A DNA stretch of 64,000 nt from an uncultured delta proteobacterium (lineage in GTDB: Bacteria; Desulfobacterota; Binatia; UBA9968): NCBI GenBank assembly GCA_963847445.1, contig CAWJZV010000006.1:64001-128000 (forward strand), given 5' to 3'. Under the pieces are notes generated by a model. It saw nothing but the letters and a program-made list of their open reading frames with translations, was not told the DNA's origin and made no database searches. Position numbers and translations under genes: made by a program. Below, in pieces: positions 29,011 through 39,509 of the stretch. Position 1 is the stretch's first letter; each line of letters starts with the position of its first letter.

Positions 29011-29731
29011 ATGACAACCTGGCCGGCAGCGCCTGCCGAACTTCCGGCGCTTGAACGGACCGTCCATGTTTGGGCGGTGCCGTTAGATGACGCGCGTGTC
29101 GATCTCGACGGCGGGCGGGAGCTGCTCTCGCCGGACGAGCGCGAACGCGCGGCGCGCTTTCATTTTGAACAGCACCGGCGGCGCTATCTGATTGCCCATA
29201 TCGCGCTGCATAGGATTCTCAGCCGCTATTTACAGATTGACCCGGCGCGACTGTCATTTCGAACTTGGCAGCAACGGCAAGCCCAAGCTGCCACCGGTGC
29301 TGGCGCCGGCCGGCGTCGACTTCAATCTCTCTCATTCCAACGAAATGGCTTTGCTCGCGGTCAACCTCATCGGCGAGATCGGTGTCGATATCGAGTACGT
29401 CAAACCCGACTTCAAGTTCGAGGAGATCGCCGAGCGATTTTTCACGGCGCGAGAAGTAGCGGCGCTGCGCGGACTTCCATCCGAGCTGCAGCGCCAAGCG
29501 TTTTTCAAATGCTGGACCTGTAAAGAGGCCTTTCTCAAAGCCAAGGGCACCGGGCTATCAGGCAAGCTGGATGAGGTGGAAATCACTCTTGGCGCTGCGG
29601 ATCAAGTACTGATCCGCGCAGACGTGCCCGGTTGGTCACTCGCCGAATTGAATTCCATCGACGCTTACCAAGCCGCGCTCGTGGTCGCCGGCTCCTCGGT
29701 ACCCATCCGATACTATCTCTGGCAGCCGTAA
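29011..29731 (+). CDS. Sfp-type 4'-phosphopantetheinyl transferase (indel near 29260)
   Basis: LSPDERERAARF; GKP; FNLSHS; IGVDIE; WTCKEAFLKAKG. Confidence 0.9.
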
Positions 29732-29743
29732 TCAGTTGTCCGG

Positions 29744-29829
29744 TTCGGGATATTTCTCGCGCCAAGTCGCAACGCGCGCCAAGTGACGGGCCGAAGTCCG
29801 TCATTCCGGGCGGCGACCCGGAATCCAGG
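29744..29829. repeat. Same REP family in reverse orientation, fused to a GTCATTCC-type REP hairpin
   Basis: CGCCAAGTGACGGGCCGAAGTCCGTCA followed by TTCCGGGCGGCGACCCGGAATCCAGG. Confidence 0.65.
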
Positions 29830-30251
29830 TTCATGGGTAGGGCGGGCTTCAGGCCTTTTCTTTTCAGGCGCCAGAACATTGCGCAGCAATAACAAATCCG
29901 CAGTAGCCATCGCTCAGTTTTATAAACCGCTCCGCAAACCGAAGTCTTTCTGTTTCTCCCGCCGGGAGTATCAAAACGACTACACAGTGTAGCAATCGGG
30001 CGACAGCTTAGAAGCTTTTCCCAGGGGGTGTTCTTTATGGCTCGGGAACCAGGTTTCTTCCGTAATTTCAAAATCTTAACCCGTCTGCACCACTGCGCCT
30101 CTGTTCTGGTACAACGATTGCGCTAGAGCGAAGCGTACCGGCGCTGCGAATCTCGCCCGTGCTTGGGGCTAGCGAGCCGGGGGCGCGGTTCGCGATGGCA
30201 GAAAATTTCTCTCGACAGCGGTCGATTTACGGCGGTAGGATCGAATCCAAT

Positions 30252-30309
30252 CAGATACGGCCTGACGATTGCGCCGAACGTGCTGGTGCGGGCGGATAAG
30301 GTGCTTCGG
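30252..30309 (+). pseudogene. Orphan 3' tail of an ABC substrate-binding protein gene (5' exon of the intron)
   Basis: Encodes GLTIAPNVLVRADKVLR, resembling the C-terminus IGLTIPPNVLARADxVIR/K recalled for ABC_sub_bind-type proteins; rest of gene absent. Confidence 0.65.
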
Positions 30310-30986
30310 GAAGCGTCGGCAAAAGCCGGAGGAAGGTAGCGAATGAAAGAGTCGTACGAAGGTAAGACCTAGCCAGTCGCCTTGGCCTCGAGTGATGCGT
30401 TGTGTCGGGCAACCGGCACGGCGAAGCGTTCACAGAGGTACAACCGGGCGGTGTATGGAGCTCCGAAAGCACCCTTTTGAGGTGGCCGACCTTATCCTGA
30501 ATATGGGGAAGGCAACAGTCATGTCGAACGATAAAGGCGAGTTCGATGTGGCCCCCACGGAGTCAGAGACCACCGGCACGGTTGGAAACTTTCCTCACGG
30601 AAGCCGAGAGACCCCGGTAACATCCGTTTCTATCGTAGAAGCGGATCGGTCGGAGAAGGCGCGAGGCCACAATGCCGACGTGCACGTTATCGGGGAGTCA
30701 CACAGTTCCATAGTACCAAAGAAGCCGGCGAACAAAGGCCGAGTGCCCAGGCCTGCGGAGTCGGGGGAGGGAAGGGGACTGACCAAGGAGAACACCGAGC
30801 AATCGCTACTGGACCGGACACAGAGCCGGAACTCGGACGGGAAACCGTTTGTAGCCAGGTCGCGTGGATTGCTGGGTGTACGTGTAGCTTTTGCACGTCA
30901 ACATCCGAGGTAAGAGCCGTATGCGGTAGCTCCGCACGTACGGATCTGTGCGGGGGGCGGTCAGCAATGACCGTCCCTACCGCGAT
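30310..30986 (+). mobile_element. ORF-less group II intron (IIB-like), about 677 nt
   Basis: Domain V GAGCCGTATGCGGTAGCTCCGCACGTACGGATC (30914-30946, AGC triad); domain VI with bulged A30979; 3' end AT; domain I GCCGAC...GGAAGGC stem; no RT ORF. The 5' boundary is inferred from EBS/IBS pairing. Confidence 0.9.
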
Positions 30987-30989
30987 TAA

Positions 30990-31032
30990 GGCAAAAGTAA
31001 AAATGAATAAGGCAAAATGAAAAGAAAAAAGG
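30990..31032 (+). repeat. A-rich degenerate heptamer run
   Basis: GGCAAAA GTAAAAA TGAATAA GGCAAAA TGAAAAG. Confidence 0.5.
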
Positions 31033-31120
31033 CCTGATGCGGCAGGCGATGAATTTTGGCTGATCGAAATCGGCGATTGACAGGTGACCGGGCGTTGGTA
31101 AACTAACACCCTTAACGGAA

Positions 31121-31453
31121 ATGACTCACTTGGCGCGAGAAGCTCATAATAGAGAAATCGATGGGGCACGTGCGCGGGAGATCGCGCGCGAGGTTGCCAA
31201 ACTTGCGCGATCGCTGCTTGGCGAAAACACGCAGGTGATCTGGTTTGGTTCTTGGCCCCGTGGCAAGGCGGTGGCTCACTCGGACATCGATGTGGCGGTT
31301 TCGATTGGCATACCGATTCCCGCGGAGCGCATGGCGTTGCTGCACGATGCTGTCGACGACATCGCGACGCTTTATGAAATCGATTTGCTTGACCTTGGCT
31401 CCGCTGGTCCGGGCTTGCGCGACGAAGTTCTAAAACATGGGGAACGACTGTGA
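31121..31453 (+). CDS. MNT nucleotidyltransferase (antitoxin, MntA-like)
   Basis: FGSWPRG....SDIDVAV; IDLLDL. Confidence 0.88.
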   Translation: MTHLAREAHNREIDGARAREIAREVAKLARSLLGENTQVIWFGSWPRGKAVAHSDIDVAVSIGIPIPAERMALLHDAVDDIATLYEIDLLDLGSAGPGLRDEVLKHGERL

Positions 31454-31815
31454 CTAAGCGGCGTCAGGCGTTAGCTTCGGCGCTCGCTCGCCTGCGCGAG
31501 GTCTTGGCACAGCCGGAAAACGACGTGAGCCGTGACGCAGCGATTCAACGCTTCGAGTTCTGTTTCGAACTGGCTTGGAAGGCGATTCAAGAGCAGGCGC
31601 GAGACGAGGGCATGGACTGTCAGTCGCCTAAGAGCTGTTTAAAACTCGCCTTCAAAAACTCTTGGATCCTTGACGAACCGGCGTGGCTGGCGATGCTGGT
31701 GGATCGTAATCAAACCTCGCATACCTACGACGAAGCCCTCGCCAAGGCGGTCTATAGTCGCCTGCGCGGTTACCTGCCACTGTTTGAAGATTTAACGAAT
31801 AATCTTGCGGCGTAG
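31450..31815 (+). CDS. HEPN protein, HI0074 family (toxin, HepT-like)
   Basis: RDAAIQRFEFCFELAWK; RNQTSH (Rx4H); GTGA overlap with the MNT gene. Confidence 0.9.
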   Translation: MTKRRQALASALARLREVLAQPENDVSRDAAIQRFEFCFELAWKAIQEQARDEGMDCQSPKSCLKLAFKNSWILDEPAWLAMLVDRNQTSHTYDEALAKAVYSRLRGYLPLFEDLTNNLAA

Positions 31816-31842
31816 GACTTTTCCCGCGTTCAATCCCTCTCA

Positions 31843-32400
31843 TCAAGATTCCACGGCTACGAATCTGGCAAACGCCGGCTGAAATTCAAACTCCAACTTG
31901 CTTCTTTCTCCGCCGCGGTTTTTAACGATGTGCAGCGTGAGTGCTTGATTGGGTTCGGTGAGTTGATTACTCCTCGCCTGATTTTTTTCCATGACCAAAA
32001 TGACATCGGCGCTGGCAACTTTGTCGGCCCATGCATGCGGCTGTGTTTGATGGATGGAGCTGACATCGGGCCAGATTGCGAGCAGGGGTAGTTTCAAATT
32101 CACGGCAAGTTCTTGCAGTTGCTCGACAACGATGGGCATGCGCACATCCAGGGATTCATTGGCGTCGCCAAGACGCTGGCAGTCATCGATGACGACGAAC
32201 GGCGTGCCGTCGATTTGACGAATCTGGGTTTCGATTTTTTTCGGCGTCGTAATGCGATCACACTCCACTAAATAGATTTGATCGAGCCAGCTCTTCGCTT
32301 CTTCAGCGCAGCGCCGCAGTTTTTCCCAGCTCGGTGCGAGTTCATCGGCGCTGGCATGGTGCGCTTTGGGGACGCCGTACCAGTGCAAGAGGTATGCGCT
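31843..32400 (-). pseudogene. DnaB-like/RecA-fold ATPase C-terminal fragment (5' end missing)
   Basis: VVIDDCQRL, LQELAVNLKLPLL, ADVILVM, HIVKNRGG; no Walker A; boundary approximate. Confidence 0.65.
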
Positions 32401-32484
32401 GCTGCGCCGGCGTATCCGCAATCGGTGTTCGGCTTCGCGTCGTTCTCGGATCAGATCGCGGATGAGATGGCCATCAATCCGGTC

Positions 32485-33293
32485 GAGGCCTCGATTACGT
32501 TCGCGAGGAGCGCGGCGGTTTCCGCATCGGTGCCCTGGCGAAGCTGGCCGATATCGAGGAGCACGCCGCGATTCGTGAGAAACTTTTGATTCTCGCCGAT
32601 GCCGCTGGCGACGCGGCATCGCCGCAGATTCGTAACGCCGGCACCATCGCCGGCAATATTTGCCAGCGGCCGTTCTGCTGGTATTTTCGTTCGTCCAATT
32701 TCACCTGTCTGCGTAAAGGCGGACAGCTCTGTTACACCGTCACCGGCGACGGCCGCTTCCATGCGATCCTCGGCGCTGGCCCGAGTTATATCGTGCACCC
32801 GTCCGATACCGCACCAGCGTTGGTGGCGCTCGGCGCGCAGATCAAGATCGTCGGACCCGCGGGCGAGAAGACCTTACCGCTGGAAAAGTTTTTCGTCCTG
32901 CCGTCAGTGGATTACAAACGGGAGAATATTCTCAACCCCGGCGAAATCGTCACGGAGATTTTCGTGCCGACGCCCAAAGCTGGCAGCAAGGGTTTTCACC
33001 ACAAAGTGCGCGAACGCTTGGCTTGGGACCATGCCATCGTCGCCGTCGACACCATCGTCGAAAGCAGCGGCGGCGTGGTGCGACATGCCAGTGTGGTCAT
33101 GGGCGGGGTCGCGCCGATTCCCTGGCGCGCGCAGAAGGCCGAGGAGTTTCTCCGCGGGAAACGGCTCGACGAAGCGACGGCTAAACAAGCCGGGGAGATC
33201 GCCCTCGAAGGCGCGAAGCCGCTGAAAGACAACATCTACAAAATTAAATTGGCCCAGGAGCTGATTCAGCGGGGACTGCTGGCTTCGATCTAG
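32485..33293 (+). pseudogene. Xanthine dehydrogenase/CoxM-type FAD-binding subunit (5' end missing)
   Basis: RIGAL, ASPQIRNAGTIAGNICQRPFCWYFR, HPSD, GGVAPIPWR; N-terminal AGGTDL motif absent. Confidence 0.8.
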
Positions 33294-33406
33294 ACTGCCG
33301 TGGGCGATGCCTGGTAATTTCCCCAAGGCACACTGTTAACTCGAGTCGGCTTCGTACTTGAGCGAAGTACAGCTGACAAGCAAGCCGGTTGGCGGGCAAT
33401 TTCGAC

Positions 33407-33435
33407 TTGACCCGTTTATGCCGAGCCCTTACACT
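33407..33435 (+). promoter_or_regulatory. sigma70-like promoter, probably giving a near-leaderless mRNA
   Basis: TTGACC-N17-TACACT ending 9 nt before ATG 33445; no RBS. Confidence 0.55.
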
Positions 33436-33444
33436 TTTGGCTTC

Positions 33445-34216
33445 ATGCTCGCCGAGGTTTTAAAGAATCGCTATTTGATCGCAGGCGCGGCGTTGTTTCC
33501 AGTCGCGCTGATGCTGATCCTGTTCGTCAGCGGTCGTGAGAATCTTCGTCTGCCGTGGATGAAGAGCAGTATCAGCATTGAGCCTTCGGGCGCCGATGCT
33601 ATTGCGCAGATGAGAGAATTTCTCGCCAAGGAGCGGCGCCAGCTTGGCCAGTTCGAACAGCGAACAGGCGACGCTTCGTGCCGAGGTTATTCGCCAGCGC
33701 AAGCTGTTGCAGGAAGGCCAGCTTTCTCACGAACAAGTTAAACAGACCGAGCAGTTGTTCGTCGCGGCGCTCAAGCGCGTTCACGAGATGCGTTATACGG
33801 TGACGGAAACCGACATCGCTATCACCGAAGCGGTTCTCGGTGAAAAGGTTTTGCGCATGCCGGCCTTGCCCATCGGTGGATTTAGCCAGACGGCGGAGTT
33901 GACGCGCTTTAATGGGCCTTTCAAATGGTCGATCGCCGAAGCGCCCAGGGTAGAGAAATTCTTCTCGCAAACCTTCGGCCGCCGGCTGCCGATAACGGCA
34001 TTGGGGCAGTCAGATACTCATAATCGCTTAAGGTTCGATCACCGCGATTCAATGGATATCGGACTCCATCCTGATAGCGGCGAGGGCAGGGCGTTGGTTG
34101 GTTTTCTCCGCAAGTCCGGCATTCCCTTCGTCGCTTTTCGCAGCGCGATTCCAGGTGCTGCCACTGGGCCACATATTCATGTCGGCCGCCCGTCGGGACG
34201 GCTTGCTCGCCAGTAA
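33445..34216 (+). CDS. Membrane-anchored coiled-coil protein with putative LAS-type Zn-peptidase domain (indel near 33650-33665)
   Basis: TM helix; coiled coil; DHRDSMD and HIH motifs; paralogue of 34978-35725. Confidence 0.7.
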
Positions 34217-34360
34217 TCTAGATTCTACATCCATCCAATGGCGGGCAACTCCGCCCGTCAACTTGGTCATTTCCGTCAAACGGGAATTTTGGCTCGTGAA
34301 CTTCCCGTGGTTTCTCCGGTTACGGGCAATCTTGTTGGCGCTTTACCTCGATTACGCTCT

Positions 34361-34375
34361 CGGCATCTTGATTGC
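34361..34375 (+). promoter_or_regulatory. sigma54 -24/-12 promoter for the pilin
   Basis: CGGCATCTTGATTGC. Confidence 0.6.
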
Positions 34376-34430
34376 TTCGCAAAGGGTTAGGATCGTAGCA
34401 CAATCTAGAAAATATCACTGAGTGGGCAAC

Positions 34431-34619
34431 ATGGATCTGATGAAAAAACTTTTGCGGGAAGAAGCTGGCCAGGGACTGGTCGAGTACACCTTGGTTGTAT
34501 TCGTCGTCGCGCTGCTATTCTGGATGGGTGTGCGCGATACCAACATTGGCACTAGCTTGACTACCGGTTGGGCCAAAATTTCCGATTGTGTGTTCTCGCC
34601 ATTTTCCTGCAGCCCCTAG
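34431..34619 (+). CDS. Flp family type IVb pilin
   Basis: LREEAG|QGLVEY prepilin motif with E+5/Y+6; hydrophobic helix; C-terminal Cys pair. Confidence 0.88.
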   Translation: MDLMKKLLREEAGQGLVEYTLVVFVVALLFWMGVRDTNIGTSLTTGWAKISDCVFSPFSCSP

Positions 34620-34977
34620 TTTGGTTGGCCGCGCTGGCACAGCCGCGCCTATTTTGGCTGACCACACGACATGGCATACCCCGCGCCGAGCAGTCTTCCA
34701 GACCACGCCGCGTTGACGGCACTCGCCGAGCAACGTGTTAGTTTCATTCGATGTTTTGTTGCCCCATCTCTTGCGACCTGAAATTCACGACAATTGGCGG
34801 TTTATGGTTGGCCACTTGCCTGTTCATGATTGCGAGTCGGCGATCACCGCTCTGGCAAACTTCTGGGTCCGTAGACAAGTGGCCTGCGGCGATAACCAGA
34901 TTCCGAGACGGGTTGGGCTTGACCGCCAATTGCATACTTCATAGACTTCAGGGAGAGTTTCGCGTTATGCCAGCCCT

Positions 34978-35725
34978 ATGGAAACCTGCCGAAGAGCGAT
35001 ACCGCTAATATTTGCTGTGGCATTATTGGCGCCGGAGTTGGGCTTGGGCCAGGGCGCGCCAGGAGGCATCGCGGTCCGCTCCGACCGACTCCGAGCTCGC
35101 GCGGTCGCGCAACGACGTGATTCAAAAGACCAAGGAGACCCGTGCTGGCGCCGAAACGCTCTTGGCGTTGCACGAAGCGGAAGTCAAGCGCATTACCGCG
35201 GAATATCAGCGCCGGCGTGAGCTTTACCATGAGGGATATATTTCCCGCACTGAAGTGATTCAGGCGGAGCAAGCGGTGGCGCAGGCGATGTTGCGGCTCG
35301 AGGATGACAAACGCTTTCTCACCGAAACCGACACCGCTCTCACTGAATTTACCATGCGCGATGAATTGCTGCGGCTCCCCGGTTTGGCCCTGGGCGGTTA
35401 CAGCGAAACCAATACGTTACTGCGCTTCAACGGCGCGGCGGGATTTACTTTGGCGGAGGTCGCTAAAATCGAAAGATTTTTTTCGCAATCCTTTGGTCGC
35501 GGGCTGCCGATCAGTGCGCTCGGCCAGACGGTGACCCATGAACGCATGAGATTCGATCATCGCAACGCGGTCGATGTGGCGCTCCACCCCGAGAGCGCCG
35601 AAGGCAAGTCCGTGCTCAACTATTTACGTCAGGCGGGGATTCCATTTGTCGCATTTCGCGGCGCCATCCCCGGTGCCGCCACTGGAGCGCATATTCATAT
35701 CGGCAAGCCTTCGCCGCGTTTGTAG
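34978..35725 (+). CDS. Secreted coiled-coil protein with putative LAS-type Zn-peptidase domain (indel near 35060)
   Basis: Signal peptide METCRRAIPLIFAVALLA; DHRNAVD and HIH motifs. Confidence 0.7.
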
Positions 35726-35802
35726 AGGACCTGCGCAGAGTTCGGACTGGAGTTTTCCGCTGGAGTTGCAGCCGCGCCGGGTTTTAGCTAAGTCACTTAA
35801 CT

Positions 35803-36546
35803 ATGGCACCGCCAACCACACCCATGCCCGCTTCGACGGTCGTCTTGGCGCGACCGAGCGACAATGGCGCATTTGAAATTTTTATGAACCGGCGTCCGGA
35901 AAAAATGGACACCTACGCTGGAGTCTATGTTTTTCCCGGCGGGCGGGTGGAAAGTACGGATTGGTCGTCGCCCATGCTCAGTTTGGTGCGCGGGGTCACG
36001 CCCGCCGACGCGCAACAAAAGCTCGGCAGCGCGGCCGGACCGGAAGTTTGTTTGGGCTATTGGGTCGCCGCGGTGCGGGAGTTGTTTGAAGAGGCGGGCA
36101 TCCATTTTTTCGTGCAGCAGCACAATCAACCGGCGATCGTGGATGCGACCGGCCTTAGCGCGCGGCTGGCGCAGAAGCGCGCCGAACTGCAACAGGGTAA
36201 ATACGATTTAGCCACCCTGATGGCCGCTGAGCGCTTATATTGCGATGTCGGGCGGCTCAGCTATTTTTTTCATCGCGTCACCCCGGAGCATTATCCTGTG
36301 CGCTTCGATACTCATTTCTATTTGGCTGCTCTGCCCCACGGGCAAAACCCTTTACACAGCTCCGAAGAGGTGGCCGAGAGCCTTTGGGTTGCGCCAAAAG
36401 CGGCGCTCGACCGTGGCCAAGCGGGCAACTTTCCGATGATGCCACCGACCATTGCAGTCTTGCGAACCCTCGCTGCGCACGACTCGTGGAATTCTTTGTG
36501 TAAAGCATTTCAACTATGTGATCCTTACGCCGCCGTGCCAAACTGA
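35803..36546 (+). CDS. NUDIX hydrolase
   Basis: VFPGG...AAVRELFEEAG; RFDTHFY. Confidence 0.9.
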   Translation: MAPPTTPMPASTVVLARPSDNGAFEIFMNRRPEKMDTYAGVYVFPGGRVESTDWSSPMLSLVRGVTPADAQQKLGSAAGPEVCLGYWVAAVRELFEEAGIHFFVQQHNQPAIVDATGLSARLAQKRAELQQGKYDLATLMAAERLYCDVGRLSYFFHRVTPEHYPVRFDTHFYLAALPHGQNPLHSSEEVAESLWVAPKAALDRGQAGNFPMMPPTIAVLRTLAAHDSWNSLCKAFQLCDPYAAVPN

Positions 36547-36643
36547 CAATCCCGTCACCACATTACTTAATCGAGCAACAAAATAGGCCAAAGCTTTACG
36601 CTAAGGTCTGCGCGTTTTCAGCTAGTTATCGCAGACTGCCCGC

Positions 36644-36658
36644 AGGCACCGAGTTTGC
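36644..36658 (+). promoter_or_regulatory. sigma54 -24/-12 promoter upstream of glgP
   Basis: AGGCACCGAGTTTGC. Confidence 0.55.
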
Positions 36659-36820
36659 GTTAAGGCTACCGCAGAGGGACCAGGAATCGATGGACGTAGA
36701 ATTGCCCGATACTATCGATGGTGCTATAATCGTCAGAACTTATCGGAATATCCAGAAACTGACTCCTTTCCCGCTAAGCCATCAATGCCCCGTTAGCCGT
36801 TAGATCGTTAAATTCGTCAA

Positions 36821-38560
<1,740 letters not shown>

Positions 38561-38609
38561 TTCAGAGCTGCTGGTTCGCGCTTGGTTGACGATTCCGATT
38601 CAAAAAACT

Positions 38610-39470
38610 CTAGCGAGAGGTTTCGATAAAATTCTTGAGCCGCTCATAGTAGCCATCGCCGCCGGCGATGAAGGTGTCGTTATGGCCCGCGCCCTTGATC
38701 GGATAAAACTGCTTGGGTTGGCGGGCGGCGGCGAAGACTCTCTGGCCCTGCTCGAAGGGAATGATCTCGTCCTGGTCGCCGTGCAACACCAGCAGCGGCG
38801 CGGTTATTTTTCCAACTTTGTCGATGACGTCAAATTTTGCGCTTAACAGCGGGCCGATCGGCAAGGCGGGCAAAACTATTTTGGCCATGTCACTTATTGA
38901 AGCGAAGGGACTTTCCAGGATGACCGCTCGGCTGCCGTGGCGGGTCGCCATCTCGGCGGCCACGGCGGCGCCTAAGGAGCGGCCGAAGATCAGAAGATTT
39001 TTGCTCTCGACTTGCAATTGCGTGCGGACGAAATTCATCGCCGCGTCGCCGTCGATATAGGTTGTCGTTTCCGACGAACTGCCGGGGCTGCGGCCGTAGC
39101 CGCGGTAGTCAAAAATAAAAATGCTGATACGAGTCTTGTCGTGCAGGAGCTTGATGTTGTCCACTCGGTCGCCGATGTTGCCCGCGTTGCCATGAAACCA
39201 AATCATCGTCGCGCTGGCCTGAGGGTGGGGAATGAACCAGCCGTTGAGACGGACATTGTCGGCGGTGGTGAAGTAGAGATCCAGGTAGTCTAAACCGACG
39301 TCGCGCGGCGTGCGCGCGATGGCGGTGGTGGGATGAAAGAGCAGCCGATTCTCCAGGCCGCAACCGGTTAACAGCCAGAGCAATACGATTAGAAAATTGC
39401 CGGCGCCAAGGCGTTGCAGCGCCGCCGATCGGCAGCATTTAACTTGATCGTTCTGAGTCAGCCGGAACAA
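38610..39470 (-). CDS. Alpha/beta hydrolase (BEM46/ABHD-like), probable lipoprotein
   Basis: FHGNAG, DYRGYG, GRSLG, HGDQD, GHND; LTGC lipobox. Confidence 0.9.
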   Translation of the reverse strand: MFRLTQNDQVKCCRSAALQRLGAGNFLIVLLWLLTGCGLENRLLFHPTTAIARTPRDVGLDYLDLYFTTADNVRLNGWFIPHPQASATMIWFHGNAGNIGDRVDNIKLLHDKTRISIFIFDYRGYGRSPGSSSETTTYIDGDAAMNFVRTQLQVESKNLLIFGRSLGAAVAAEMATRHGSRAVILESPFASISDMAKIVLPALPIGPLLSAKFDVIDKVGKITAPLLVLHGDQDEIIPFEQGQRVFAAARQPKQFYPIKGAGHNDTFIAGGDGYYERLKNFIETSR

Positions 39471-39509
39471 GGCGGGTCATCCAAGTGAAACCGTGCCGCG
39501 CACCTGGTT

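Noticed and set aside
28457-29829. CRISPR array or integron attC sites
   Set aside because: Only three irregular copies in mixed orientation, no constant spacer length, no RYYYAAC/GTTRRRY ends, and no cas or intI genes
30286-30305. GTGCG (30286) or GTGCT (30301) as the intron 5' end
   Set aside because: Both are closer to GUGYG, but they lie within the host-gene tail codons. Only a start at 30310 gives adjacent IBS1/IBS2 pairing and restores the full V-L-R-stop. Not fully excluded without splicing data
30392-30913. 173-aa ORF inside the intron as an intron-encoded protein
   Set aside because: It runs through ribozyme domains I-IV and has no RT (YADD) or maturase motifs; only its last residues are IEP remnants
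36690-36803. 37-aa ORF between the sigma54 site and glgP as a leader peptide
   Set aside because: Weak RBS and no recognisable features; insufficient support
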